The notes: generated by a model not told the origin, from the letters alone. Positions 11,400 through 24,265 are shown, counted from the first letter of the stretch. The stretch is DNA of 64,000 nucleotides from Sphaerodactylus townsendi (GCF_021028975.2 NC_059426.1:46004001-46068000), one strand, 5' to 3'. Numbers and translations are program-made.

Positions 11400-12352
11400 T
11401 CCATTTTATTTATCAAATTAATACCCTGCCTGTACTCATCAGGGCCACCAAGGTAGCTAACAGATTTAAACTGTACTTTAAAATACCTCTTAAAAAACAT
11501 TCATTCCAAATAAGGATGCATTATTTGAATAACTAAAATCATTAAAATATACATATAGTATAATACCCATACATGAAAATAACAATTAAAAACAGAACTG
11601 GAAGGAAAGATCACTGAGTGAATTCCAGATGGCAACAGAAGGGAACAGGTGAGCCTCTCTGGGGAGAGAGTTGCAGAATTTTGTGACACACCTAGGAAAG
11701 TCCTCTCCTAGTTTGCCATCCCACTTTTTCAGAAGGTGGGGAACTCAAAGCAGAAGCTTGGAATATGTCCATAGCAGTGAGATAAGTCTTTGAGGAAAGA
11801 GTAGTCCTTCAGGTATGCTGGTCCCAAGCCATGCAGGGCTTCAATATCAATATCAGTACTTTGTTTTGTGCTTGGAAACAGATTTGACACAAGTGTAGAT
11901 GGGGCAAGAATGGAGTGATATGGTCCCTATAACTCACTCCAGTCTATAATCTGGGAGCAGAATTCTGCACCCATTGAAATATGCAAACATTTTTCAAGGG
12001 CAGCCTCGCATAGAGTGCATTGGAGTAATGTAATCTAGATGAAACAAGAGTATCCACCACAGTGGCAGTTTGTTTGTTTTTGCCCAGGAAACTGCAGCTG
12101 GCTGATCAATCAAAACTGGTAAAAGGCAGTCCTGCTCACAGCTGCCAGTTGCTCATCTAGCAGTAGGCCTGGGTCCTAGAGCACCCCCCCCCCCCCATGA
12201 ACCTATTCCTTCAGAGTGCATCCTCATCCAGAACAAATGACACCTTAAGTTCCAGGTCACACTTTCTGCCCACCAATAGGCTTCAGTTTTGTCAAAAAAT
12301 CAAACCTCGGTTTATTAGACTTTATCTACTCCAGAACTGCTTCTAGGCACCA
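11400..12352 (-). mobile_element. Degenerate L2 LINE 3' portion
   Basis: GGTCCCAAGCCATGCAGGGCTT, GGAGTGATATGGTCC and GAGTAATGTAATCTAG correspond to reverse-strand GLGP / HITP / LDY motifs seen in other L2 copies. Confidence 0.75.
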
Positions 12353-12636
12353 GTTCAGGATAGACGAAAGGAAATACTGCTTTACCTAAGGAGTAATTAA
12401 ACTGTGGACTTTACTACCAGTAGACATAGCAATGGCCACAAGCATAGATGGCTTGGGGTAGGGGGTTAGACAGTCATAGAAGAGAGGTCTATATACAAGG
12501 AAGCAAACCAATACTAAGAGGCAGTATCAGAAGAAGACTCCATCACTATGACCTATTTGGTCCTCTGCTTTATGAAAAATAATGTTGGACTAAATAGACC
12601 ACTAGTCTGATCCACCAGGTTCTACTTTGGTTCTTA
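12353..12636 (+). mobile_element. CR1 LINE 3' end
   Basis: TTCAGGATAGACGAAAGGAAATACTGCTTTAC...GTAATTAAACTGTGG...TGGACTAAATAGACCACTAGTCTGATCC...TTCTTA, typical sauropsid CR1 terminus. Confidence 0.75.
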
Positions 12637-13257
12637 CAGGCACCAGCCTCAGCCGTTCATTTAAGCTGGGTAAGATATTTTGCTTAGTCTTGCTTTTAGT
12701 GTTGCCAGAAAGAGAGACGGGTTTTATTTTGTTAGGATTGGGCAGCATTTTCTGAACCTAGAATTTCTATTTATTTCTGATTCAGGTTTGATCCTACCAA
12801 TCATGAACTTGATCTTCTTGTGAAGGCAAATCTTTTCCTGCCTTTCTCTTCCCCCAGCAGCACCTTTAAGATCACTGAAGGGGCATGAAGGGAGCCCTGT
12901 GACAAACTGTGTTAACTGAAGTAAGGAGTGAGAATCAGCTGACATTGCACTCTTTCACTTGAAAGCTTGGTATGCTATGCTTCCTCAATTCCCCTTTCCA
13001 TAGTTGGCCCCAGGACTCTCTGGGCCCCAGCATTAGTTTTTCAAGGGCCTTAAGGGGCTAAATGTGGAAAGAGAAATAAGAGAAGACCTTTCTCCATGAG
13101 CAATTTTCTGTTTATCGTTTATTGGATACCTACTGTTTTAATAAGATATAATAAAAGAATGAGCATTCCTATACAACGAAGCAAACAGTCAATAATTCCA
13201 AGCAAATTAAAACTGTATGTCCAAAGCAAGAATGTGTTTAGCTAGCTCTGGATGGGG

Positions 13258-13660
13258 ATAGGTTGCCACACCCTGTAGGGAGTGAAAGATCCTTCCTGGC
13301 ATCATCCAGCTGGCCAGCGGAAGTTTTGCTCAACTAGGCCACAGTGTCGCTGGCATGATGATGTCACCTCAAGAAGTGATGTCATTGCAGCAGTGTTGTT
13401 TATGGTAACAGCTTCTGCCATAGAATTTTTGCCCAAATACCAGAGCATCTCCCTGTACATTTTCAACATGATGATATCACTTCCAGAAATTACATTGGCA
13501 CATTGGCACCAGCCTCCCTATGCTGCTGGTAAGTCCCTCCAACCCCTTCTCCTGCTAGTTGCTGGGGAGCCAGGCAACCATAGTTTGGAAATACCTAGAG
13601 ATTTGGGGTGGGGAGGAGTTTGAGGAAGGTGGAGTTTGGGGAGGGACCTCAGCAAGGTAT
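13258..13660. mobile_element. Composite of hAT MITE fragments with (T)AGGTTGCC-type termini
   Basis: TAGGTTGCCA at ~13259 and GGCAACCATA at ~13573-13582, followed by a fragment of the 13884 family. Confidence 0.55.
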
Positions 13661-13883
13661 AGTGCCGTACTCAAAACTTTCAAATCAGTGGGACCTAAAA
13701 GGGTTAATTTGTTAATATGATTCAGTGGGACTAATGTACGACTAATTTTCTATGAATTGGGAATTGTTAGGCAGAAATGAATGTTACTAGACAAAAAAAA
13801 TTCAAAACCATCAATTGGACTTATTTCCTAATGACAATCACAGAGTCGCCTTGTGTTTTGCAGCCTTAAGGTTTCTCCATATC

Positions 13884-14079
13884 TAGGGTTGCCAGCTCCA
13901 GGTTATGAAATACTTGGAGATTTTGTGAGTGGAACCTGAGGAAGGTAGGGTTTGGGAAGCAGAGAGACTTTAGTGGGGCCCACTTTCTGAAATGGCCATT
14001 TTCCCCAGATTAACTGATCTCTGTCACCTGGAGATTTATTGCAATCCCAGGAGATTTCCAGTCACTATCTGCAACCCCA
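13884..14079. mobile_element. hAT MITE, TAGGGTTGCCA family
   Basis: TIR TAGGGTTGC / GCAACCCCA; 8-bp TSD TCCATATC / TCCATATA. Confidence 0.85.
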
Positions 14080-16419
14080 TCCATATATGTGAGTCTTCAG
14101 TACATACGCAAATGCCCAGGCTTGGGCTTTAGAGAGCAATTCTAAGCAGACCTACTTGGAACTGCATTCTATATTCTTCAATGGGGCTGACAACCAAGAA
14201 GGTGTTCTTAGGAGTGCAGCAAAAGTCCATATTCAGAACTCAGTGAGTTAAATTTCTGGCAGCTGCTTCCAAGGAAGTCCTTTATCTGGTAATAATCAAT
14301 ATCAAAATTTCAGTCCAGATTTTTTTTAAAAAAAGCAGACTGCACAACTAACACTTTGGCACAAGGTTGGAGGGAGAAAGCTGGGCCAGCTGACTGATGA
14401 GCACCCATCGTTTTTAATTAATTGGGTTGAAAAATGTTTTGTGTCAGGCTGACTTTAGGAACTCACTCAGCTGTGATTTTTCAGGATGTGTGTGTGTGTC
14501 TCACACACACACATATGCAGGGACAGCCAAGCACCTTTCTGTGCCTAGCCTTTCTTCAGGGACTGGAAAAATATAAAATGTGGAAGAAATACTGGATCAG
14601 ATATAGAATTCTAATCCATTAGTAGATATTCCGATGAAATTGTGTCGTGTTCCTTTTAGTTGGATAACTGTCATTCTTCAAATTAGACAAGTCAATGAAA
14701 TTTCCAAGTAAATGGACAATTCCATAGAACTGCTGTTTTGAAGCCACCGAATGAATATAACTATTTTCTCATTTAAATAATTATATCATATTAAAAACAT
14801 GTAAAAAACTGAGGAGTGTGTGTCTGTAGATTGAGGGCACACTATTATATGGGGGCATCCTTTTTAGCTGCTGTATATGTGTGTGTATGCAAATTACCAC
14901 ACACTCTCCTGCTAGAGAATTTGTAGAATATATCTGGGTTACTCTTTAAAATAAATGAATGTGTCATTCTTCTCTTAATGGAATCAATTCTGATATATTC
15001 TTTGTTCATACTATTATGGTCTTCAGTCGAAGGGCTCTCTGTAGTAAGTTTTTTTTTAAGTTACATTACAAAGAGGTTTTAAGATTTCCCAACAGGGTTT
15101 TAAAAAAAATTATTTAAACAGTAGCTTTTGATCTCAAACCTGCTGAGGCCTAGTGAAATCCTTACCAATTCTCCAGTTACTCTTCTCTATTGGAATTTGA
15201 AAAGATCCACCTGAAGGATTTAACTCACTGTATGGTTTCTGCCATCCTTTTAGATCCTTCTATTCATGTTGACAGTGAGGGGGTCTAGGGCACCCTTTGT
15301 GATCTCTTAAGTAGCCTAAGGTGCCCTTTGCATAAGATGTATTCCCGAGGAAATAAAAAAACAGGAGGACACAAACCTATATGCCTTATTTCCTGCTATC
15401 TTCACTTAAAGGAGGAGTGCAGGGGGTCTGCTTAACATCCTTTGCTACCTAAATACCTTTTGGACATGGGAGCTCAATAAAAGAACTTTCATTGCATCCA
15501 TTACCCTACTGTGGTGCATAGCAAATTAGATTTAAAAGGGTACTTTTCCCCTTACAGCTATTTCTATCATTTTCTTTAAATTTTCAATTTAGTGTCTAGT
15601 GACAGAATATTCTATAATGTACTTTAGAACTATATAACACCAATTATGCTAACTGTGAACATTATTTCAAAAGAATTAGAGTTCTATTAAGTTATAGACA
15701 AACCATTGGGGGAAAGGTCAGGTTAGAATCAGAAAGAGAAGCTTTGTGAAAGTTAATGTTAAAAACTCACCAATATGATTTTCTATTTTTAATCCCTTTT
15801 GTAGAAAGAGAACAGCATGGATTTTGTTTCTGAAACTAGATGAGAGTAAACCATGTTACCTTGTTATTTCACATCTACACATTTCTCATTAAGAGCTACT
15901 GTTGACTATTACTGGTTGTGCCGAAACATAATTTTTAATTTTGAGTCACTGAGTAGCACAAATGATTACCCTGTAGTTGCTTTGTAGATAAAAGCTCAGT
16001 TATCTGAACAGCCTTAAAAGAGTAACATAAACTGAAAATTGTGTTGTGCCTTCCAGGATCCACTAACACAAAAGCTTCAGACTTTGAGGTAGGGGCTGTA
16101 CATTCAATCGCACACACGCTCACAAATGTTCAGTGCAGAATTAAACCACAGAAAGGAAATGCAAAAGTGAGAAAAATCCACACCCTCTTTGCCTATTGTG
16201 ATCATCTTAATTTTCCAGTGTGGCACGAGTTAGTAAAAACAGTGGAAGGGTTATGTTATAGGTCCTGTAAACAATTCATTAATCAGACATTGTTTGGAAG
16301 TTTCACAAGTGATTAAATAATTGAGAAGTGTTTTATTTCTCAAAAATTTATCTCCAAATTTCTAAATGCATATGCAACCTTATTTGAATATCTGAATATT
16401 TTACATGATTACTGGGCAG

Positions 16420-16780
16420 ATAGTATGGCACCTTGTCTGCTGGCCGATGCTTTGCGCTGGGAACACATCACCCCAATTCTGAGGAGTCCACACTGGCTTC
16501 TGATGCACTACCAGGCCCAACTCAGTGCTGGTAATAACCTATATAGCCCTAAATGGCTTCAGTTCTGGGAGCTTGAGAGAGTGCATCTGCCCATATATTC
16601 CTGCTCAAACTCTGAGATTGGACGGGTTAGGGTTGGAGACAGCCCAAGGAGCTTCCTCAGTAGTGGTCCCTGCACTGTGGAATTCTCTCCTGTTAGAGGC
16701 CCAGCAGGTACCTACTCTTCTGAGTTTCGGCACATGGGGAAGACTAACCTCTTCACTTGGGTGTTTGGCTGGATCCCCCT
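16420..16780 (+). mobile_element. Degenerate L2 LINE fragment
   Basis: Frameshifted ORFs with EHITPILRSPHWL and VVVPALWNSL motifs. Confidence 0.8.
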
Positions 16781-16837
16781 ACTGGGATGAGGGGGGTGGA
16801 CTTCAGTTGTCGTGCCCTGTCCTGAGAGCCAGGAATA

Positions 16838-16990
16838 AGGAGTTTGAATTTCACTGCATTTAAATTGCATTTACTGCATTTAAAATTTAAAGAAAAAGAT
16901 AGAAATAACTGTAAGGGGGAAAGTATACTTTTAAATATAATTTGCCAGCCATCACAGTAGGGCAAGTGATGCAATGAAATCCAAACTCCT
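16838..16990. mobile_element. Small TIR element with TA flanks (Tc1/mariner-like MITE)
   Basis: AGGAGTTTGAATTTCACTGCAT / ATGCAATGAAATCCAAACTCCT inverted termini; TA at 16836-16837 and 16991-16992. Confidence 0.6.
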
Positions 16991-16994
16991 TACA

Positions 16995-17080
16995 GTCTCC
17001 TTACAGGAGAGAAAGGGGGGTATAAATCCAAACTTCTTCTTCTTCTTCCTCTTCCTCTTCCTCTTCCTCCTCTTCTCCTC
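16995..17080 (+). mobile_element. Squam3-like SINE 3' tail
   Basis: GTCTCCTTACAGGAGAGAAAGGGGGGTATAAATCCAAAC(TTC)n nearly identical to the 9391 SINE tail. Confidence 0.8.
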
Positions 17081-17259
17081 CCATCTTTGGATGAGGTTGG
17101 GGTGGAGTTTTAGAACTTGAAATGTTCTATGGTTTTAGGATTGGTTTTATAGTGGTAATAAATAGGAGTTTATCATGCTTTTTACTGCAACCCACCCTGG
17201 GACTATGGTAAAAAGCAAGAAATAAACTAAAATAACAAAAATAATATTAACAACAACAA

Positions 17260-17410
17260 TAATGTCAGTGTCAGCAAACATACGAGCATTTACTGAATAA
17301 GTGATGAGACAGGGAAGAACTGAATTGATAGTCAGAAATGAAAACTGTGGAACAGTCAACATCAAGCAAGGAATTTTCCAAGGTGATTCACTATTGCCCT
17401 TACTGTTTGT
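17260..17410 (+). mobile_element. R4/Dong-like non-LTR retrotransposon RT fragment
   Basis: Manual translation ...GTVNIKQGIFQGDSLLPLLFV matches the GIFQGDSLSPLLF RT motif; in-frame stop upstream; preceded by (AAT/AAC)n. Confidence 0.7.
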
Positions 17411-17860
17411 GCTGCCAGCAGGTAGGGGGTGGAATGCTGTGAGAGCATGAACAGGTCCAGCCCTGCAGGACAACATAGGTGGCAGGCAAAAGCATTGTTA
17501 GAAAGTCCAAGGGATCAAGGCAGGTGGTCAGCAAAGGTGTAGTCCAGAGTCACTCTACATGTCGTGGCACAGGAGATCCTAAAAGCAGGCTGGGAGGTCG
17601 ACCAGACACGCGGTGGGGTTTGAATTGTAATGAAAGTCCAAAAACCAGGTAAAGAACTGGCAGCTGTGACATTAAACAAAAGTTCCTGATCTGGAGCTGG
17701 CAACCCTAGTCAGGATTGACTCAAGTCCTCCCTCAAAGGCCAAAGTAAGTCTGGAAAGGCCTCTGCCCTCACCTTGCTTTTCCTGAGAGAACCAAGCCTT
17801 GAAAAGCTGTGGTTACCAAGCAACAGCCACTGAGGGAATCAGTTGCTTAAAGCTACAGGC
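17408..17860 (-). mobile_element. Possible degenerate Gypsy-type LTR
   Basis: Abrupt TGT start interrupting the R4-like fragment; composition resembles reverse-strand reptile Gypsy LTRs; right end and TSD not resolved. Confidence 0.3.
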
Positions 17861-18739
17861 TATCTTTTATCATTTTCAGATTTTTAATAAAACCCTCCCC
17901 CTTTTTTTTAGATTTCAGATTTTTATGCAAACTTAGGGTATGACCCAGCTTTGTAGAAGAACCTGTCTTGCCCAGTCCCAGTTACAAGATTTAAATATCC
18001 AAAGATTTGGCCAACTTTGCTATTAGAATATAAAATAAACCTCTTCCTCAAATACAAACTATTGATTTAAGTGCAAAAGTATTTACTATACTAATAATGA
18101 TCCTTTTCTTAAAAAGCAAGTTTTTAAAGCTACCCACTCAGTCAGATGGAAGTGTAGGATTGGGGGGGGGGGGCAAAATTGCTTCAGACTCTCTGTATGA
18201 CAAGAATGCTCTGTAACCCACTAGTTTGGCTCATGACTCTTGTTTCCTAATTGGATGATCTATTTGTTAATTCAACCCACTGAGACACCACTGCGGTACA
18301 AACTGGTACTGTACAATTTGTTAGTGAGAACTGGTAAAAGATAGCCTATTAAAGTATTTTGGAAATGTTAACTTCAAAATATTTGCTTCCTGAACACCTA
18401 GTTAACAAATGCATGTATGTGGCAACATTGTGACTTTAATGTAAGCAGATAATTCAGACTGTAATTTCCAAATTTCAAAATCCAGCATTTCCTAGCACAA
18501 TTGTGAATTCTACTGTGTGCGCAGGAGGATGGTTGGTTCAATATTAGTGCAGATGTAAGATGCTACACTCCAGTATATACCTATTTTGCAACTATGAACT
18601 ATAATATACATAAGACATGAAGGGTTTGCACTGGAAGATTTGTGCTGAAAGTATAACTGCCTTTTAGTTGTACTGTAAGTGGATTTTCTAAAACAAGCCA
18701 CATTCTGCAACATTCTGTTGTAGCAGAAAATAAATATGA

Positions 18740-18892
18740 ATCTTGTGGCATTTGAAAGACTAATGGAATTTCTCTCCAGATTAAGCTTTTGTGTACTAAA
18801 GACCACTATTTCAGATGAATCTGCCAGAGTGGGCACTAGCTCACAAAAGCTTACGCTGGAATAAAATGTTGTTAGTCTTTAAAATGTTACAA
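18740..18892. mobile_element. Penelope-like terminus, head-to-head inverted pair, with degenerate hammerhead motif
   Basis: Plus arm CTGCCAG-AGTGGGCACTAGCTCAC-AAAAGCTTACGC...GTTAGTCTTTAAAATG; 18740-18817 reads on minus CATCTGAAATAGTGGTCTTTAGTACACAAAAGCTTAATCTGG...TTAGTCTTTCAAATGCCACAAG. Confidence 0.7.
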
Positions 18893-19104
18893 AACGTACA
18901 AATGATCTGAGTTAATGTGATTAGAGGAACAACCAGTTCGGCATGACAGTACACCTCAAAATGGCATCTACCAGAAGTGAAGTAAGTTCAGAAGACTGGA
19001 AAGCAAAGGGTGTCCTTTCTGGTTTGTAACCTCATATTCTGTGCTTCATGCATTATGACAATACGTTCCAGGTAACAACCCAGTTGAGCCCAGGAAGACT
19101 GGAG

Positions 19105-19355
19105 GCCGGGGAAGGGAATAGGAGTTTTATTCCAAGCACTCTGTTACCAGCCTCTTCCTGTGACCTTTGGTAAGTAACTTAACCTGCTGTCCTCAGTATC
19201 CCCAGCAAAATAGAAGACCTTAATGCTTTTCTAGTAGGATAACAGGGCTTAATGCTTACCTAATGGGATAATAATGCTTACCTACCTGCCTCATGAGGTG
19301 TTGTGGGGATTAATTAGTTAATGTTTGTTAAGTGCTTTGGGGAAGGTAAGCAGCA
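19105..19355 (+). mobile_element. Ancient amniote MIR-type CORE SINE
   Basis: TGTGACCTTTGGTAAGTAACTTAACC...CCTCAGTATCCCC...ATGGGATAATAATGCTTACCTACC...GTTGTGGGGATTAATTAGTTAATGTTTGTTAAGTGCTTTG. Confidence 0.8.
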
Positions 19356-21499
19356 CAGGGTAGAAGGGTGAAGAATTATTGTGGCTGAACAACTCCAAGG
19401 TTTTAAACTGGAGGGTATCTATCTATTGTTAGTAATTTGAGGTTTGGGAAGCGGATAGTTTTTTCCAGGTGCAGAGATACCTTTTAAATAGCCCCATTTT
19501 GAATTGTTGGCTTTTAATTTCACTTCTAGATGAAATTATGACCTACTATTTTGAATTTGCAGGGAAATCCCTTCTTATGTAAGTGCAGGCAACATTATTC
19601 TGGATTGATATTTCATGCAGAACACAAAGAACAGGCTGTTTTTTGCAGTCAGGATTTGCAAATTGGACGGTTTTCATTATTTTATTAAAAGTCACCCACA
19701 AAAACTTTTCCCATCTGAGAAATCTATTTTTCTTTTAACTGGGATAAAATTTTGTGAGTCCTGTGCTTTTTACTTAGTACTAGGCTGACATTTTAAAGCC
19801 ACGAAACCAAACACCTTCTACTTTTTGGCATTTCAGCCTCCAGCTTCAGAGAGAATTCCTAGAAAATACTTGAAATCTCTTAAGATGCAGTGCTTCCATT
19901 TTAGCCTGGTGTGCCGTATATTACGTGTTCCTGTTTTAAAAAGGAAATGGGGAGTTTATTGAAAATTGGATCTACAAAAGAAAACTGATCTATTGCTGGG
20001 CTAAATACCAGGATTTGGTTGGCCATATGACTAGCTCTTACATTTCTACAACAGGAAAAATAAAAGGCTCGTAACTGAGGCATAATACTTGAAAAAAAAT
20101 GCTAACTCCCAAAGCTCTGCATATGGATATTGTGTTATTCTGAAATACAACAGAGAACATTTTCTTCAACCACGAGATTGTCAAGGACAATGGCACCTGA
20201 GAGAACAAGGTAGCCAAGGGGGTGGGGGACACCACAGAACCTACCTCAACACAAAACTCATTGTCAGTTTCACAGCTGCTGTAACATCCAAGATGACCCA
20301 GTAGGACAGCAGCCAGGAAGTCAGGGGGCTGTCTGCTGCAAAGAATATGTTCCAGATTACTTGGCATTTGGCCCTTCAGCTGTTCTGTAAACCGATGTGT
20401 AAGCTTGTGGGCCATGGATTCAGCTGGACCCCTGAAGAAAGGTAGAGTGATGTGTGACTGACACTGTCAACATGGGCTTTTAAAGTTAGAGTCAATTATG
20501 TGGAACTGATAGCTACGACACATACCCTTGTTTTTGCACTTGGGCTGTTTAGAAAATGGTCACTCAGCTCAATAAATGTTTTCTTTTATAGGGAATGGAA
20601 AGGAGACTGAGTTTGGTTTATGTGGGAATAATCTGCAAACTCCAATGCTTGTGATTTTCTTCCAGTTTAGTAGTTCTGTGTGCCCCATGGCAGAATGTGT
20701 TACAGAAAACAGCAACAACGTCTAATGTTTAAGGAGATGGCAAAAAAGCAACAGAGGCAGTGGATATTTAAAGTAGGCTGGGAAGCTTAGAGAATGGCAT
20801 GTTGTTATCTGGAATGAAATATCCAAAGCACTATAGCGACACTCTTAAAAGTAGGGAAGGTGAATATTATTCCCTGCTTACCAGCCTCTCACTTAATGCT
20901 ATAGCTGATTGAGTGGTCATTCATTTCTTAAAGTAGAGCATGTACCAAAAAATGGCCTCATTGCATTGCTGGACACATTCAGGGTGTTTTGAGGATTCAA
21001 ATTGAGCAATTTGCTCAAGATGGACAAATGGAGGCAGAGCAGAATATCACTCCATTTCCCACTTAGTATGAAAACACCTCAGTTAATTTTGTTTTACTTT
21101 CTTCATACATCTTCATCCTTATGTGAGAGTCTTGCGGGGGGAAAACCTGTAATAATAATGGCAGCTCTATCTTCATAGGTTACTTTCGCAAGGAAGGTCA
21201 GTGGGCCATATGAGAAGGCCAGAACAGGACTTGAATGCATCTGTGTAGAGACCATCATACCGCAAGACAGGTTTAATGTGTGCTTCATTCACAACAGCAC
21301 AATCCTGCCAAAATCAAAGTATGCATAAGGTAAGCACTAAGCAGCCTCACAACCAAGTCAAGTACTAAATTCTATCTGGGTTGACTCTTCCAATATCCTC
21401 ACATATTGATTTGGTTTGGTGTGGAAAAGGCAGAAAGACGGAGAGTAAAGTTGGGAATTTGGGACATTCTGATAAATTAGATCGGGTTAGGAGGGGAAC

Positions 21500-22930
21500 C
21501 TCCTTAATGTGTGTTTCCTTCTGGGTGCTTTAAGGCTGTCATGAGGAAGTATTAAATGTTAAGAGTTCCCTCATTAAGCCTTCAGGAAACTGTCTGCTTG
21601 TTAACCATTACCACTCATTTGCCTTCCCTTTACAAAACCGCTGAGGTTAAATATTAAGCGCCTGCAGTGAAGGACACCTGTATTTGCTGGTCCCTTTATG
21701 TGACTGTAGGAAAAAAAGCTTTACAGTTGTCTAAATTAGCATAATTAAATCCACATCAATTAAAAAAAGGGGAAAGGGGAAAAAAACCTTCAATCACCTC
21801 TTTCCCCTTCACATGCAGATAGTGCCATTTGTCTAAGGTGGTAAGACACAAAGGGACTTTTCGAACCACTGAAAACCTGACTGAAAGGAAGAGCAATAGG
21901 ATTTGTATACTGTCCCATGGTTCACCTTAACACTAGTGGGAACGATTAGTGGGGGCTGTTTGGGCCTAAAGAACTACAGCCCCTTTTTGCATTTCAATTA
22001 TCCCAGAATGCCGGACTGGGCATTGGAAGGAGCACATTTTACAAGGTCCCTCTGCTTCTATTGCTCTTTTATCACCCCCCCCACCTCCTCCCCACATACA
22101 CACTAATGTTGGGGTGGGGGTGGGGGGCAAACAAAGCAAGGCATTATGGTCTGGTCCTTTTCACCACTCCCCAATTCCACTGCTTTACTCCCCTTTTCCT
22201 CTAATGTGTTTTGTTTTGTTTTGTTTTAGATGGGGGAAGCCCCGGTGACCCCAGGACAGCAACAAGGCTGCTCTGTGTGGTGCTACCAAAAGAGAATTCC
22301 TCCAGATGAAAACTGACATGGGGTTCAGGGGTTAATTTCTGGAACAGACGCATTTGCATACAAATGAAAAATGATGGGATTTCTCTTCTCCTAAATTTTC
22401 AATGTCATCAGCATCAAACAGCAGTCAGTGCTCCCTTGCTGTTTGAAGAATATTCATTACTTCAGAAGAAGGGGCACCTTGTTTGGTATTAATCTCCTCT
22501 GCAGGTCAATGACTTAATTTGCTAAACTTCATCTCAAGTGCCATTCACTTTCAGAGTTTTCAGCTATTCTTTGTTATTTTTCATAACATGCTCTTAAGGC
22601 TCTCCTTTTTTTATTAAAAGATGTGTAAGGGAATACACTTCTCCTGAAAAGTAGGGGAAAGGACAGCAAAATGACATTTTAAAATAAGAGTGTCTTTAAT
22701 CACAATTATAAACTACCTATCATCTCCTTGGTTTGGTTACCCAGCCAGCCATATGGCTGGTTTATATTTTTACATGTATATACATTTTACTCTTAACATG
22801 CATGTTTAAGGAGAAAAGAAACATTTTTTTCTTTTAAAACAGATGCATAAAAGGACAGCTGTTGTCTTGGGCAACAAGGTTACTGGTGTCATGGTTCTAA
22901 CAAAAGGTAACAACCAAAACAGTGATTAAT
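21500..22930. promoter_or_regulatory. Candidate conserved non-coding/enhancer block
   Basis: No recognisable TE; HNF1-like sites (21600-21612, 21645-21658), ATTAGCATAATTA, octamer within CATTTGCATACAAATG (22351-22366), RFX-like GTTGTCTTGGGCAAC (22861-22875). Confidence 0.35.
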
Positions 22931-23706
22931 CCTCTAAAGAGAATCTTGCAGTCCTTTTGAACTCTTTCCATTGGAAATTCTCACCTAAAAACCCATGACT
23001 GAGAATGTACTTACCAAAACCTCAGTGTGTTATATCTTTATTTTTCAACATTCCTCTGTGTGCCCGTAAAGAATCTTTAGCATCCCATTTCTCTGTGCAT
23101 TTCCTGGGCTATTTAGGAGTCTTTTCAGAGCATTCACGTATAGTAGAGCTGTTGGACAGGGATTCTTGTTGTTGTTATTACTGGCAGATTTTTAGGCCCC
23201 AGCCCTTCAAATGTACATATTACATAGTACAAATAACAAAATTATACCCTATCCTACCTAACCGACAACACTCCTGCCAAGACCTAATAAGAAACTGTTA
23301 ACAAAGAAAGGGGACAAAGTAATGAATGGAAAGTCGGCATCAGACTGGAGAAGACGAGAAAGAGAGAGAAAATACAAAAGACAAGAATTTCCATTGATAG
23401 ACCAGTAGGCCTTTTCTGTCCTCAGCCTTTAATGATTTTTTTAGGCTTGAATATGGGTGCAGGTTATAGCCTGAACATTTCTTCATACCACTATGGCCAT
23501 TTGGTGACTTGTTCCGGATTCATGGGCAAGATCCAACAAAATTAATGGCTGCCATACTGGAGAAACTCAGCAGCTACCTCCTAAGTTTCTACTTCTTAGT
23601 TCTCTTCTGTCTATAGCTGCCAAAGAAAATAGCAAAGGCTGAATGAATGGTTCTTGCAGCAGGCAGACAGGTTGTGACTGTATACATCTGTATACTGTAT
23701 CTGGGC

Positions 23707-23910
23707 TAGGGTTGCCAACCTCCATGTGGAGCCTGGAGATCTTCTAGAATTACAACTGATCTCCAGATGACACAGATTAGTTTCCTTGGAGAACATTACT
23801 GGTTTGAAGGGTAGACTCTATGGCATGATACCCTGCTAAGGTCCCTTCCTTCTTCAAACGCTACCCTTCATGCCAAAATCTCCAGAAGTTTCCCAGCCCA
23901 GAGCTGGCAA
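23707..23910. mobile_element. hAT MITE, TAGGGTTGCCA family
   Basis: Starts TAGGGTTGCCAACCTCC; internal sequence matches the 56591 copy; right TIR truncated. Confidence 0.85.
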
Positions 23911-24265
23911 AGATGCCTGTGAATCACCACGAGGCGTGATTGCTGCTCGGGGTGGGGAGAAGCGAGACCAGCTGATGCCGCCCAGTAAGGACGAAGGGGA
24001 GCCACACTAGAAAGGGCTAGTGTCACCAGAAGAAATGAGGGGCGAGCCGAGACATACTGCATTGCCAATGGCTTTCAATGCCCTTTGCAACACCACAGTT
24101 TTAGTTCACATACTATTATTTAGGTGCCACTTCTTGCCAAAAAATCTATATGCAATGAATGTACCCTGTACAAGTGACCCAAAAGCTACTACTTTACTGA
24201 ATAATTCCAGGCAAGCTATGTCTTACAGCAAGTGTACAGTTGAAACCGAAAACAGCTGCTCAATC

